Shown here: positions 26,148-41,007 of the stretch, piece by piece
Numbering within the stretch: the first letter of the stretch is position 1
Layout: every line of letters begins with the position of its first letter
Source of the DNA: Eledone cirrhosa
Taxonomy: Eukaryota
Direction of reading: 5' to 3'
Assembly: GCA_964016885.1 (NCBI GenBank)
Contig: OZ024745.1
Coordinates: 129,394,001-129,458,000, forward strand
DNA length: 64,000 nucleotides
Notes under the pieces: model-generated
Seen by the model: the letters and a program-made list of their open reading frames with translations, nothing else
Told to the model about the DNA's origin: nothing
Database searches by the model: none
Made by a program: the position numbers and the translations under genes

Positions 26148-27399
26148 AGACTGAACAACTACCCATAATCCTTATTTAAATGTGACTTATTCTCATGGAA
26201 ATTTGAACGTGGCTAGTCAGGACTGAGTCACATCTACACACTGAACATGTAAGTACATGTATAAGTTAAGACATGCTATAGATCATTCATAATAATAGAT
26301 TTGATTCGTTGGTAATTATGTGCTGCAATTATGATGAGGTTGTCGTTGCGAATCGGAGTGTTGCTGATGTTATTGTTGTTTCTGTGCTTGAAAATGTTGT
26401 CAGTGGTGATGCTGTTGTATATGTTTTATATATATTATTGAATACATGCATCATTCACTATATACATTGTCTTTAAAGCATTCGACTCATTAACATAACA
26501 ATGGAATAAACAACAACTCCACCAACAGACTAACACACAACAGTAACCACAATATGAATAGCGATAAAAAAAAACATACAACAAAAGCTCGCAGAATTAA
26601 AGCGCGCGTACATACACACTCAGTCAATACACCCATCTAGATGTATATATATGGTAGCGTACACACATACAACATACAACATACATATCTTTTCTTTATA
26701 CAAACAAGCTAAAAGTACAACGAAAGAAGACGAAATCTAAAAATACTAAAACAAACAAACGAATGAATCAGAAAATACAATGTTTCAATTAAACACTCTC
26801 ATGGAACAATTAACTGAACAAATCACGTTTCTGAGCTCACCAAAAATAGAATGGCGAAATTAACTGGACATCTCCAGAAAAGAAAACAACGAAATAAAAA
26901 ATCCATTCAATAAAAAAGAAAAAAATGAATCTTAAACACACGAGTTAAAAGGATACCTTTAAACATACTAGCGAGAACAAAATATAAACTAATTAAACAA
27001 CATATTCCCCGGAGAATGTCTTCAAGTAAAGTAATCGCAAAAGATAATTTATTTATTCTATTTGTATTAATATTTTATGTTTTTCTTCCTTATTATGTTT
27101 TAAATTATGGAATTTATTTGTTGTTGTAGTTATTATGATTTTTATCATTTCCGGCTGAGAGAAGACCTGCAAATCTAGTTTCCACTAAAGTGCCACAAAC
27201 GGCTTTCATTGCATATAGTCTCTGACAAACTCAGCCCAGCCGCTGGTCTTCTTTGGACATTGTTTTTGCCTGCGTTTATGTGTGTGCGTTTGTGTATTAA
27301 TATGAGCGGATGAGTGCATGCATGTTTGTGTTATTCTTTCTCATTCTCTTTTTATACTAAACAGTTTCTTTTGTGTGTATATGTTTTTTTCTTTCTAGA

Positions 27400-27620
27400 A
27401 GGAGATTATATTGCCCTGGATGATGGCAAGAGAGACGCTCTGTAACAGCCACTCCACATCCTCTCACCTGCGGACAGCCAACTCCGCTCCGACAGCAGTG
27501 AGTAAGGATGTAGTCCGGAGACCAAGAACGCTGGAAGTCGCCACTGCTACAGGCTCTACCACTAACCTTTCCGGCAGCGGCCGCTACTTGGACAGTTTGC
27601 TTTCTTTGGCTAAGCGGGCA
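27400..27620 (-). pseudogene. Second CRE-clade retrotransposon C-terminal fragment
   Basis: AKESKLSK*..VVEPVAVATSSVLGLRTTSLLTAVGAELAVRR*EDVEWLLQSVSLAIIQGN, homologous to 14994-15266. Confidence 0.55.
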
Positions 27621-27646
27621 TATCTTTATTTTCAGAGAATTTATTC

Positions 27647-27833
27647 CAGACCTGACAAGCTCTAAAAACCCAAACGGGGAGAACCATGAAAAAAAAGTTC
27701 CCCAAAACGGGGAAAAATGAGGCAAAATGGGGAGATTTTACATAATGAAAGCTATACCCATTTTCACCAGAGAAGGCTTCTCTCACCCACACCAGAGTGG
27801 ATGGGAGATCTCCCCGCCAGACGGGGAGAGTTG
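27647..27833. mobile_element. Possible DNA-transposon MITE remnant
   Basis: Ends CAGACCTGACAA ... GGGAGAGTTG with repeated internal CGGGGAGA motifs. Confidence 0.3.
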
Positions 27834-28789
27834 AGTGAAGTTAAACAGCCTTAAAACAGGTAGAAATGGCATTCATGATTAGGATGTTGATGATAGTAGT
27901 AATGTTAATGGGATGTCATTTAACTGGTATTGAGCTCAAGTAAACATTGAATCGTTGTCATATTGTTTTAGTTGTATAGCTTCATGTCAGCTTCGGTTTA
28001 CAGATACTCTCGTTTCTCGAATAACCCCCTCCCCTTCACCGCTTATTAATTTTTCAGAGACTCTCGTTCTTATTCCAAATCCCAAGTTATTAAATTTTGC
28101 TAATCTATCTCCAGCGAAATTTTCTTTAAATTTTCTCTATATATTTAAAAACATTATGCATGACAAAAAGCACATTACTAGAAATCCCACACGTCATAAA
28201 ATAAATAGAATGCTTTGGGGTCTCAATATGTAAACTAAACGACTAATTCTGTTTTTTTTTTAATCAAAGCTTATTCTAGGCATAGCAAATGGTCTTCAAA
28301 ATGTTTTTAATTAAACATACAGTATATTATCAAATATACTATACATACATTCATATATACATCGCTATTTCAGAGCACCAGTACTTATACCTATATATAT
28401 ACATGAAGAGAGAGAATTTTGCACAGTACATGCATATATTCACACGCACAAATATGCTTCTTGTCACACATACTCACGTACACGCATGTGGGTACCGTTA
28501 CTATAATGTTGCTTACAGTACGGCAGATATGTGTTTCAATAATGTAGGAGGAATACTTTCGGAAGTCGAATAGTCATTTGACCTTATATCATGACAGTAA
28601 CGTTCGTATTTCTAAGATACTTAAATCTCAACTGGCCCTCAACTTAACTTTCTTCTGTTGTAGATCATAGATGGTATCTATTGTATCATTAGGAAATTTA
28701 AGCGTGTTTATTTGGTTTGCAGTCCTCAGCCCGAAGGACGCAAGAGTATAATGTCAAGAGGATTGCTTTGTGCCAAAAGTAGAAAAACT

Positions 28790-29310
28790 TATTAATGGCG
28801 TTAAGCTGGCCTTCGACATTGATATTGTTCACAATGATTTGCAGGTCAGCTGTGCTCTCTGCAAGTGCATCAATAGCGTCCGCAAAGTCCAGGTGAAACA
28901 TGGCACCTTAAGACCAGCCAAGAGAAGAAGTTGGACGAATTCGATTCCAGATATCTGCGAAAGATCCTGGGGATTAAATGGAGTGACCATGTAACAAACC
29001 AGGAAGTCAGGAACTACACCAACCAGCAGCTAGTCTCTTCTACCATCTGCAAGTGACGCCTGGGCTGGTTTGGACACGCTTTGCGACTTCCCCTGGAGAG
29101 ACTGGCGAACCAAGTACTTAAATGGAGCCCGCAGGGAAGCAGATGGAGAGGGTGACCCAAAATGAACTGGCGCCAGACAGTTGAGAGGAACCTGCGAGCG
29201 ACAAACAGACAATGGCAGGACGCTGTGCAACTGGTTGCTGACCGAACGCGATGGAACACTATGATTGCCTCATGCGTCGCAACACGCGGGAGCTTCTGAG
29301 TCTGAGTAAG
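28790..29310 (+). pseudogene. RTE LINE 3' fragment with an inverted 5' RT piece
   Basis: Plus strand IKWSDHVTNQEV..RLGWFGHALR..ADRTRW; minus strand 28790-28900 HLDFADAI (YADD-like motif); CTGAGT repeat tail. Confidence 0.7.
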
Positions 29311-29534
29311 CTGGCCTTGTGCCTAAAGTAGAAATAGTTATTAGTGAGGTTGTTTGATGAATCCACATAACATCAAACAATGGCCACCTTTTGAGGAGTC
29401 TACGATAGAATATGATGGCTCGATCTGTCAGAAATAAAAGTCAAATCTCATTTAAATTACACTATGTCTGAAAACATATCTTATTCCCATCGGCATAAAA
29501 CCTATGATCATACGACTAGCGTGGGTTAAATAGC

Positions 29535-29589
<55 letters not shown>

Positions 29590-29591
29590 CC

Positions 29592-29623
<32 letters not shown>

Positions 29624-29627
29624 CAGC

Positions 29628-29677
<50 letters not shown>

Positions 29678-29707
29678 AAGCAACAACACCAACGACAGTA
29701 ATTGAGT

Positions 29708-29817
29708 AATTAATTGTTTCTACTTTAGGCACAAGGCCAGCAATTACGCAGTAAATTACTGGTACTTTATTTTATCGACCCCGTAAGGATGAAAGGCAAA
29801 GTCAACCTCGGCGGGAT
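29708..29817 (-). mobile_element. Nin-domain SINE 3' part next to (CAA)n
   Basis: Reverse-complement core and tail match. Confidence 0.8.
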
Positions 29818-29994
29818 GTAATTAATATAATCAAATCTGACATGGAAGCACTTCATACGTCGTCGACAATATTTAAAAGCATTTGGTCAAGAATGGGAAT
29901 ACAAACATGCACATATGCATTATACATATGAATGACCAGAAGTCATAAGCAACTCTCTAGAGAGAAATCTATCTATCTAGGCCGGGTTAAAAAC

Positions 29995-30230
29995 CCGAGA
30001 TCCATGGACGAGTTCTCTCCAGTGGTCTCTGTCCCCTCAACATCGCTGCCATATCCTGCGTCTCCAAGAGACCAGTGTCTGTCCTTGGGGCATCAACATA
30101 TGTCAACCGCGATCTCCTTCTTCCAGTGTGTCCATGCAGGGGCACCCACAGGAGCACTAAGTGCAGTTTCAACTCTGAATGTCGGTGAGCATGTCCAGCT
30201 AACCTCAGTCTCCTCTGTGTTCCTTTGGAG

Positions 30231-30319
<89 letters not shown>

Positions 30320-30890
30320 CAAGGTTTAGCAAATAGAGAAAAAGTTTTAAAATAAATTTTAAAAAGTTTCAAAATAAATGGATAATCCAGGCGGACTTCC
30401 ATTGAGAAGGGGACTCTCGTCAGAAGGTTCTTCTCGCTCGGAGAATATAAAATTCCCGAGTTCAAATCACAAACTGGCGCCATACAAAACTATATATATA
30501 TATATAAATGTATGTGTATATGTTAACCTCGGTCTTCCTCTTCCAGTGTGGCCATGCAGGGGCTCCCACATAGCACTGAGTGCAGTGTCAACTCTGGATG
30601 TTGGTGAACATGTCCAGCTAACCTCAGTCTCCTCTGTGTCACTTTCGAGCTGACTTTTGGGAGGCTCCCGTACAGCTCTGAGTTCTTTATCCTCAGTGTA
30701 TACTGATTAACGTTCAGAGCCATCCTCAACATTCTCGTGTAGCACCCATCCACCATCTGAGTGAGTTTCTTGGTCAGTGTCCAAGACTCAGACCCGTACA
30801 GCAGTACAGACTCCACTGCAACAACGAAGAGACGGATCTTCAGCTCTTCACGAAGGTCCGACTTCCACACCGATCTCAAACTGGTCTATA
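29995..30890 (-). pseudogene. RTE-like LINE C-terminal fragments (two overlapping pieces split by (TA)n and other DNA)
   Basis: KIRLFVVAVESVLLYGSESWTLT..DGCYTRMLRMALN..QRRLRLAGH (30523-30879); the RLRLAGH segment recurs at 30000-30230. Confidence 0.75.
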
Positions 30891-31097
30891 CGGTTTCTCA
30901 ATATGCTAGAAACCGCAATAGATTCACTTCATATTATATTCTCTACACTTAAAATAAAGTAGACGCCTGTATAAGGTAGTCATACATACAGTGTGAATAC
31001 AATACGTGTTGTTTATTGTTGAAATGGTGTTTATTAGAGGCCGGCTCGATCGGAAATCTCCTACGATTAAACCTTATATATGTATGTGTGTGTATAA

Positions 31098-31555
<458 letters not shown>

Positions 31556-31719
31556 TATTATATATATGTAAATACATTATATATATAAAATAGTAAAAAA
31601 GAAAAAAGAAACAGTAGAAAATGCAGCAGAAAAGGGATTTTCTCACAGACTAACATCAAAACATTTATTTACTAAATAGGAATTTCCGCATTAATTGTAC
31701 CCCAGTTTCAGCTTATACG

Positions 31720-31762
<43 letters not shown>

Positions 31763-31889
31763 AATAAATCTACCAAAATATACGGTAGTGTCCAATCCGT
31801 ATGAAGAACTCAATGTAATCCAAATATCATGAAAAGAGAAGATGCATTCAAAATTTTCGATTAAAATCACAGGAAAACAGAGTCAAGAT

Positions 31890-32188
31890 AAATTAGTAAA
31901 AACAATGAAATAAAAACAAAGAACAAGTTCCTTATATTAAAAAATTCATCATTTTACGATCGTTTCTGGGATATATATGTGTGTTGGTATGTATATCATA
32001 TATGATCATTTCAGAGGACGGCATGTATATGTGAAGGTATGTATATTTCCTCTGATAATTTGTCATATTTTTACATAGATCTATATGATATACATACCAA
32101 CACATATATATCCTAGAAACGATCGTAAAATGCTGAATTTTTTAATATAAGCAACTTGTTCTTTGTTTTTATTTCATTGTTTTTATTA

Positions 32189-32191
<3 letters not shown>
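31890..32191. repeat. Fold-back inverted repeat (~115-bp arms) carrying GAAA-CGATCG-TA half-hammerhead
   Basis: 31890-32005 is the near reverse complement of 32078-32191. Confidence 0.85.
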
Positions 32192-32283
<92 letters not shown>

Positions 32284-32352
32284 CATATATATATATAAAC
32301 ATATATAGTGACGAAACATAAGTCAATTGCATGAACTCATAATCCTTTATTT

Positions 32353-32408
32353 ACTGCTATATATATTTCGATGATAGTCATTGAATGACTATGACCTTAT
32401 CAGGCAGT
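32353..32408 (-). ncRNA. Hammerhead motif with G8A core change
   Basis: Minus strand: ACTGC CTGATAA G-GTCATAGTCA-TTCAA-TGACTATCAT-C GAAA TATATA TA GCAGT; homologue of 2373. Confidence 0.7.
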
Positions 32409-32471
32409 TATTTAGTTCTTAGATATGCCAGCTCTGTGTTTATAGTGTTGATGGTATCAGAGCCTAGGGAC

Positions 32472-32538
<67 letters not shown>

Positions 32539-32678
32539 AAGGATAAGCGAAGTAGAAAGGACTTGAACATCTGAAACTACTTCGCTTTTCCTTATTCGAT
32601 ATTTACTCCGTCACTCCTATGTGGAAAAAGTACGTTGAGTGTTTGAATTGAATTGCATCAATGTTTGCCCTAATAATA

Positions 32679-32709
<31 letters not shown>

Positions 32710-32710
<1 letters not shown>

Positions 32711-34132
32711 AAAACAAAATCAGTTCTAGATTCACCCAATTTGACATCGTAGATTTCTACCCATCTATTACTCAGACCCTTTTAGTGAAAGCTTTAAATT
32801 TCGCTAGAGGGTTCACTAATATCTCCGATATTGAAGAGGATGTCATCTTGCATGCTAGGAACACTCTACTTTTTAATGATAATGACACTTGGGTAAAAAT
32901 ATCTAACCCAGAGAACCCATTCGATGTCTCAATGGGCTCTTATGACAGTGCCGAGGTTTGTGATCTGGTCGGCCTATTCCTCTTACATACACTTAAAGAA
33001 ACATTTCCTAACCATATTTTTGGGCTTTATCGCGATGATGGTCTAATACTTTCCCATACCTCCATAGGCCATAACTTAGATAGATTAAGGAAAGACTTAA
33101 TAAAAACCTTCGCTAGTTTTAATCTTAAAATTACTATTGACACTAACCTTTCCAACGTAGATTTCCTAGATATAAACCTAGATTTGCCTACTGCTTCTTA
33201 TAAACCATACCATAAACCTAATGAAAACTTAAAATATATAAATAAAGGATCTTGCCATCCACCTATAGTTTTTAAAAACCTTATCCCTAATATTAGCCGT
33301 AGGATCTCCACCCTCTCTTCATCAGAAGCTATTTTTAATAAGGCATCCCCCTACTATAATAAAGCCCTCCAAAATAGCGGCTTTAGCGAACCGATTAAAT
33401 ACATACCTAACTACACTAACTCTATTAAACATAAAAATAGGAAAAGAAAAATAATCTGGTTCACACCCCCCTACTCTCTAGCAGTTAAAACTAATGTAGG
33501 CAAAAAATTCCTAGAACTCCTAGATAAACATTTCCCTAGAACACATAGATACTATAAGATCTTTAACAGAAACTGTGTTAAAATTAGCTATTCCTGCGGT
33601 CCCCCTATTAAGTCCTATATCCTCAACAAAATATCACCTAGAGAAAATCAAACTTGCTCCTGTAGAATCAAAAGTGAATGCCCATTACAAGGTAAATGCA
33701 ACACCAAAGCCATTGTATATGCGGCTAAAGTGACAACCATCAGCAACAACCATCCAGCCACCAGTGAACGATATGTGGGTATGACGCAAGACAGATTCAA
33801 AACGCGTTATTACTCACATGTCGCATCCTTTCGACATCCAGAAAAAAGATTTACAACAGCTCTGGCTAGCAGAATTTGGGATTTGAAAGACCAAGGCATC
33901 CAATATAAACTAGATTGGTCAATTTTGAACCAATCTAAAAAAATATGCTAGAGGAACAAGAAAATGCACGCTCTGCATAAATGAAAAATTTTGAATATTG
34001 CAAAATCTTAAATCACCAAAGACCTGCCTGAACACAAAGACGGAAATGTTCACCAGTTGCCCACACATGAAATCACACCTGCTTTCCAGCTCATATAAAC
34101 TTAACTCACTTTCAGATACTTATCCTCCATAA
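32710..34132 (+). pseudogene. Penelope-like (Naiad-type) RT / GIY-YIG polyprotein, 5'-truncated, frameshifted near the C-terminus
   Basis: FDIVDFYPSI, MGSYDSAEVCDLVGLFLL, YRDDG, FLDI, IWFTPPYS, CSCRIKSECP (CxCx5C), AIVY..YVG..FKTRY; C-terminus CTLCINEK..LNTKTEMFTSCPH in another frame after 33945. Confidence 0.93.
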
Positions 34133-34524
34133 ACTCTTATTATTCTCTTTTTAATTACCCTTTCTGACTTACTTTCATTTTTATCCTTGTCATTAATTCC
34201 ATTTATTTTCACTTTTATTTATTTTTACTTCACACCCCCCCCCCCCCGCCTTTATTCTCCGATCCACTTCCTATTTTCTATTTTTTACTTCCCCTTCTTT
34301 TACTTCCCTTTTTCCTCCACTAACTGATTACACTTGTCTTTTGTGTTTTTCAATCCAGATATATTTTTCATTTTTATTTTTATTTTATTTTTGCGCAGCC
34401 TATCTTACAATTTTATATTTGTACTTATTTATCCACATTTCAATATGGCTGAACGCCTTAATGTGTGTATACTTTTTATATATGTACATGAGTGACTACG
34501 TATGTGCGCGCGCGTGCGTGTATG

Positions 34525-34565
<41 letters not shown>

Positions 34566-35345
34566 ATATATATGTGTGTGTACAGGTGTTTGTGTGTGTG
34601 TGTATGTATATATTATGCGTATGTGTACGTGTCTTTATATCCGTGTTTTTGACATCTCGGTTTTATGTTTTGTTCCTTTTTTCTTCCCCCCCCCCCTTCC
34701 CTTTTTTTACTTACTCAGTTTCATACGTGGGCATGCAAACAGGTTTATATGCGTGAGTATAAGTATATGTGTGTGTGTGTGTGTATGTACGTATCGAACG
34801 TATGGAAGTGTAAGTGCGCGTGTGTATATAAGCATAATTATTTTTACATTTCTTTTGTGAGACACGCGTGTCTGTGTATGTATGTACCCCCCCTTTTTTT
34901 GTTTTTCTTTAATTTTTTTTTTCTAATATCTTTTCTTTCTAATTTATCGTTATTATATTTTTATAAATATATCGAGACTGATACTTTTCTTTTAATTATT
35001 ACACTCCCTTACCTCCTTTCTTTCCGCATCTAAGTGTACGAGTGTCCAGGCGGTTTTTGCGCGCGCCTTCATATTCATATATTTACGATGTAACCATTTC
35101 TGTCTGTATAATACAGACATATAGATACATTTGCCCTAAATTTTAGAATTACGCACACTTTCTCATTATACATTTACATGTGCACATATACATATATGCA
35201 CATCTGTGAGCGTATATACATACATATACACACACCTAACTATATTTCTTGATAGATTTTTATATATTTCAATTTCTATTTCATTTATCTATATCTTTTT
35301 TTGATTTTCTTGATGTGTTTTTCTAAGTATTTGCCCATGTTTTAT

Positions 35346-35423
35346 ATTGCCTCGTCTGACGAACGAATGAAGTCGTTTATATCGTATTCGCCTCATTCGG
35401 GAAACCTCTGGTAATGAGGTAAT
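35346..35423 (+). ncRNA. Type I hammerhead ribozyme, well formed
   Basis: ATTGCCTCGT CTGACGA A-CGAATGA..TCATTCG-G GAAA CC-TCT-GG TA ATGAGGTAAT; 10-bp helix I, 7-bp helix II, GUA cleavage triplet. Confidence 0.85.
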
Positions 35424-35520
35424 TATATTGTATTGATTTTTATACATTAAATTTTGCTCTGATACTTACATAGAGCACTCTTCATTTCTATGACCTTTTC
35501 TGTTTCCAACGGAAATTTCA

Positions 35521-35567
<47 letters not shown>

Positions 35568-35610
35568 CCGTCGAAACGGCTTGAGCTCAGCCGTCGGGGT
35601 CCTACTCGTT

Positions 35611-35701
<91 letters not shown>

Positions 35702-36529
35702 ATATATATATATATATATTATGTATATATATATGAGGGTGCTTTGGTGGAGATGTACTTTGCAAATATTCTTTCTTTTCCATTCTCCTTCTTCCGTTCT
35801 CATTTACCCTCGTATTTTTTTCCAATTATCTATCTCATATCGATTATATGGCTATGGTTATGTGAAAATACACCATACTTACAAATAAAGAATGCTAGCC
35901 AGAATGAGAAATGAAGGACATATTTATGGCATAGTACTGGTCAGTTCATGTAGTGACACGGCTATGAAAACGATAAAAGCCAGGAATGTCCGAAAGCAGA
36001 CCAATTTACTATTCTTTAGGAGTATTTCAGCCATTATTTTTATACTGAAACTGCGACACCATAAAGGAAATAGTCCCCACAAAGTAACGCTATTACGAGA
36101 ACAATGATATTGACAACGATGTCAACGAAGACGATGATAACGGCAATAACAATATCAACAACAACAATACTGATAACAACAGGATGAAGAATAAAAAGGA
36201 TATGTCGAATGTCAGTCTTTGATCAGTGATTGATCAGTTATTTTTGGTGAGTTCTTTCATCGACTGACCTTTTTAGGCTTTCCGATGTAATCAATAAATA
36301 ATCATATCTTTATAACTATTGTCAAACTGTAACTATGTTAATTGATACCAAGATTTATATTTCTATTAAAGCCGACAGTATTCGTAAAAGTGCACTCTTC
36401 AGTGGATCATCGGCAATATATATTTGAGAGCCACCTCCCAACTAAAACACATAAACGTATATATGTGTGTGTATGCGTATGTATGCGTATGTATAAAACA
36501 CACGCAGACGTATATATGTGTATGTATAT

Positions 36530-36800
36530 AGGTGGCCTAGTGGTAAGGGTGTTAGGCATACGATCATAATGTCGTGGGTTCGATTTTAGGGTAGGTTGGT
36601 GGGTGTGTTCTTGAGCAAAATACTTCATTTCACGTTACTCCAGTATACTCAGTTGAAAATGAGTACCAGCAATAACTGGGGGTTTAACCATGTGATGGAC
36701 TACTGTCCAATCCAGGGGGAGCCTTGTACTCTCAGTCGCTTCACACCATGAACCCGGGATAAGTACCGGCCTAACAAGCCATCTGGCTTGGCTTGAAACT
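36530..36800 (+). mobile_element. Meta-domain SINE
   Basis: GGTGGCCTAGTGGTAAGG..GGTTCGATT..GTGTTCTTGAGCAAAATACTTCATTTCACG..AAATGAGTACC. Confidence 0.75.
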
Positions 36801-36822
36801 GCCTTCAGATCTCTCTCTCTCT

Positions 36823-36923
<101 letters not shown>

Positions 36924-37139
36924 TATATATATAAATATAAATTCAACGAGAATCGTATTTCGGCTGGTAGGAAAAACGAAACGAAACGCAAAATCGTAGA
37001 AATGCTGGCAAGCGCTCCAATAGTTAAGAAAACTAGAGCTAAACAATATATTAAAACGCCATACAAACTGAAAAAAGTGGTCAAGAAGGCATTAACCACC
37101 TAAGCCAAAAAACAAATCAAGCTAAACAGGTCAAACAAA

Positions 37140-37270
<131 letters not shown>

Positions 37271-37916
37271 TTTACTCATTGTTACTTCACAATATATATA
37301 TATAACAAGTATGTGCCAATATGTAATCTTTCAGTAGAAGTTTGCTATCATGTTCTGAGTTGTTAATTCTAGACACCAATCACTGATACGAGTGTTACAA
37401 CGAAGTAAATTAGTAACGTGGCCGTGATTTAACACTATCTTGTAGATGCATAGATAATCCCTTAACTCTCGGGGCAATCGTATTGGGCATTTTTGAAACC
37501 TGGCGGAGCACATCCCCTCTCAAGGTCTGAATACAGCAGATTTATTCCAGAGAAGATAGAGAATAAGAGACAAAAATTAAGAAAGGAATATATAGGAAGG
37601 ATCGACTCCCCCCCCCCCCTCCAGCACCAGACTGGGTCCTTTTTATAGATACAGCAGACCAAACCGATGTTGTTTGGTCCCAGATAATCCCTGATCGAGA
37701 ATTCATAGTGTCAAAAGATTAGGTTATTTGTGGTGCCCTGAACTATATTAAGTAAACTGTCTCTGTTTGTTTAAGACATTGTGGTGAGAATCGAGTGTGG
37801 TACAGACGCTATTTGTAACAACATTGTAAACTTCATAACGGTCCGGTCGGTTATTTTGAAACTTAAAGAATTCAAACTATTCTCTGTGTCAAATTCAAAT
37901 TTGCCATCTAACACAT

Positions 37917-38028
<112 letters not shown>

Positions 38029-38161
38029 TCACTCACAGACTGATGCACACACACACACATAATACACACACTTTCACACAAACACTAAGCGATTTCATAT
38101 ACACATACGGATATATATGTATGAATGTGTATATCTATGGAGTCCTATATATATATAAACG

Positions 38162-38199
<38 letters not shown>

Positions 38200-38236
38200 C
38201 GTATGCGTGTGTGTGCGCGTGTGCGTGTGTATGCGC

Positions 38237-38303
<67 letters not shown>

Positions 38304-38617
38304 TATACTTACACACAGACATATTAATATATATTTATAATTACATAAATGCAGGAAGTCGTAAAGGCACAATGAACCTCACACTATGAACAACCACATC
38401 AAAGCTTATGTGACAAAACTATTCCTTCTTTCTGAGTGGTCCCCTCACTCTTTGGAAACAGTTCTCAGACGTCCTACTATTTTCTATACATAATAGACCA
38501 CCTTTCACCTCTGTACGCTAGGTATAATGTCTAAAACAATAAGTTCATCTCAAGGTTGAAGCGGTGGGTCAGCGAAACTTTAAATTTGTTAAATCATAGT
38601 TTGAAATATTATATTAC

Positions 38618-38681
<64 letters not shown>

Positions 38682-38812
38682 TGGAGAGGGGGGCGAGAGA
38701 GAGAGAATGAGAAGTTCAGAGGGAGAAAGAGAGAAAGGAAGAGAGGAGAGAGAAAAAGAATGACGTACACATTCATACATAGTAACACATACATATACAC
38801 ACACACACACAT

Positions 38813-38903
<91 letters not shown>

Positions 38904-38913
38904 GCTAGGGTTA

Positions 38914-38964
<51 letters not shown>

Positions 38965-38967
38965 TGA

Positions 38968-39066
38968 AGGCACGTGGGCGAGTGGTTAGAGAATTGGATT
39001 CGCAATCGTGAGGTTGTGAGGTGATGCGTTATGTCCTTGAGCAAGACACTTTATTTCACGCTGCTC
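38968..39066 (+). mobile_element. Meta-domain SINE fragment
   Basis: GGCACGTGG..GTGGTTAGAG..TGTCCTTGAGCAAGACACTTTATTTCACG. Confidence 0.65.
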
Positions 39067-39165
39067 CTTCTACCTGGAGTTGCGACCGATAGATAGTATT
39101 AGCAATTGGAAAGAGCAATGGAAACATTGTTTCCTCGGTCCGATTTGACGAAAGTTGATCAACTG

Positions 39166-39229
<64 letters not shown>

Positions 39230-39919
39230 AAGAAAAACGTGTGGGTTTTAGTTTCTCTATTTTTCTGACGGAGCATTGGTGGGATGTGGGTTGCAGGAGG
39301 GAGAGAGTATTGTTCCTTAATCTATAATCATTTATGTAGAGTATTTAAAGTTCATTAACATATTCGTATCTAGTTTTCATTGCTGTTGTTTGATGTAGGG
39401 TATTGTATTTATTACTTGTTTATTCCCTCATAAATACACCATACAATATTGAGACAACACTCATAAAAATGGGTACTAAACTATTAACACACATTCACCA
39501 TAAGCAAATTACAAATTGTTTCACTCATATAGAAAAACTTGTGAAAGCAACACATGCTTTTTACTACGGATGTTTTGTAAGATGTATTGTCACTGTCCAA
39601 TATTCTGAAATCTAAACGTAAACTTTGCAGACCTATAGATCAATAACTTGTAAATATTTCTCAATATATGGGACGCTGTTTATTGGATTTTATGGATACT
39701 AATGAGCCGTAACCTAATGAAAATATCGTTTAGTGGCAGTTCATGAAACTCAGATTTTTTTTTCTTTTAGCAGATATCATATTTCAGATAGGTTTTAGAT
39801 GTCTGGAAAGATATTTTCTCTTGGTGAAATGTTTGATATTATCCACCATGATAGGGGAGATTAATTTATATATATATATATACATACGGATTAACAATGG
39901 TTATACCTTCTCTATTCTA

Positions 39920-40033
39920 TGGGTAAACCCCGAGGAAGATGGTTGGATAACATCCATGGCAGGAGTGTTTTAGGACTCTACCCTCACGTCCTACTCATGA
40001 ATATGTGGGCGAAGATAAGGAAGAAGATGACGA

Positions 40034-40109
<76 letters not shown>

Positions 40110-40173
40110 AAAGAAGAAGAAGAAGAAGAAGAAGAAGAAGAAGAAGAAGAAGAAGAAGAAGAAGAAGAAGAAG

Positions 40174-40203
<30 letters not shown>
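39920..40203 (+). mobile_element. RTE-like 3' end with (GAC)n(AAG)n tail
   Basis: GKPRGRWLDNIH then GGGCGAAG..(GAC)n(AAG)n; same family as 13290 and 16497. Confidence 0.55.
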
Positions 40204-40205
<2 letters not shown>

Positions 40206-40329
40206 GTTTAACAATTCTTCTATCGCTCTTTCATTTTAGATGTCACACTTTGACAGCTTCTCCCAAACGTCTTGGGTAAATTCTTCCTTAAACCAGTACG
40301 CATATGTTGTAAAAACAATCATTTAATAC

Positions 40330-40565
40330 AAGAGGAATTGAACTATTTGTATATAACGATCGTGTATGTTGAGAAAACCGACTTCACCACTTGCCATCAA
40401 TGAAAGAGTTAATCTTTTAGGATCATAATTACCAATTGCTGATTCTAATTTCAGATTTCGATAACAGTCTTGTGAGTCGGCTTCCACCAGCGTACGTAGT
40501 AACTCATCGTTGAAGTCGGATGGTGGTCCCGCGTAAGGTCGATCTTTAAGGTTGTAATCACCGAC
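40330..40565 (-). pseudogene. Degenerate mariner transposase fragment
   Basis: Minus strand GDYNLKDRPYAGPP (cf. GDFxLEDxPRSGRP) and MASGEVGF (cf. VTGDEKW). Confidence 0.45.
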
Positions 40566-40846
40566 TGTTTAGGATTACAATTTCATCAAGTAAATCGGAT
40601 AGCCCCATTTGCTTATATAAGGCACTCTTGACTGTAAGTTTCAATAGCTTTGTGGTGCACTACCAATGCTTCAGTTCAACACTATAGTGTACTACAGAAT
40701 ATATTTATGTATGTTAGTTAATGTATGTAAGGGATAAATGTAGCAACCATATCTGTAATAAGTATATTTACACACAAACACACACCACTCGATCACACAT
40801 ACACACATATGTGTGTATATATACATACATACACACATATATATAT

Positions 40847-40956
<110 letters not shown>

Positions 40957-40959
40957 TAT

Positions 40960-41007
<48 letters not shown>

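Larger units (their letters stand above)
32710..35525 (+). mobile_element. Penelope-like retroelement (ORF, long 3' UTR, pLTR with HHR) inserted in (TA)n
   Basis: ORF, pyrimidine-rich UTR, HHR at 35346, GAGCACTC at 35473, (TA)n on both sides. Confidence 0.85.

Noticed and set aside
30350-30430. Minus-strand CTGACGAG as a hammerhead core
   Set aside because: No properly placed GAAA/NUH or helix I partner
33992-33994. In-frame TGA in the first PLE as possible selenocysteine (some Naiads are selenoproteins)
   Set aside because: Not at a conserved Cys, the conserved Cys residues use TGC/TGT, it follows a frameshift, and I saw no SECIS
37331-37760. GC-richer unique segment as a possible host exon
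   Set aside because: No recognisable peptide and no consistent splice-site pair
38904-38920. TAGGGTTAGGGTT telomere-like seed in a microsatellite
   Set aside because: Only about two units; too short to claim telomerase healing
39070-39168. Repeat shared with 46510-46580 containing GGAAACATTGTTTCC
   Set aside because: A real dispersed repeat, but I could not fit a convincing ribozyme fold or assign a family
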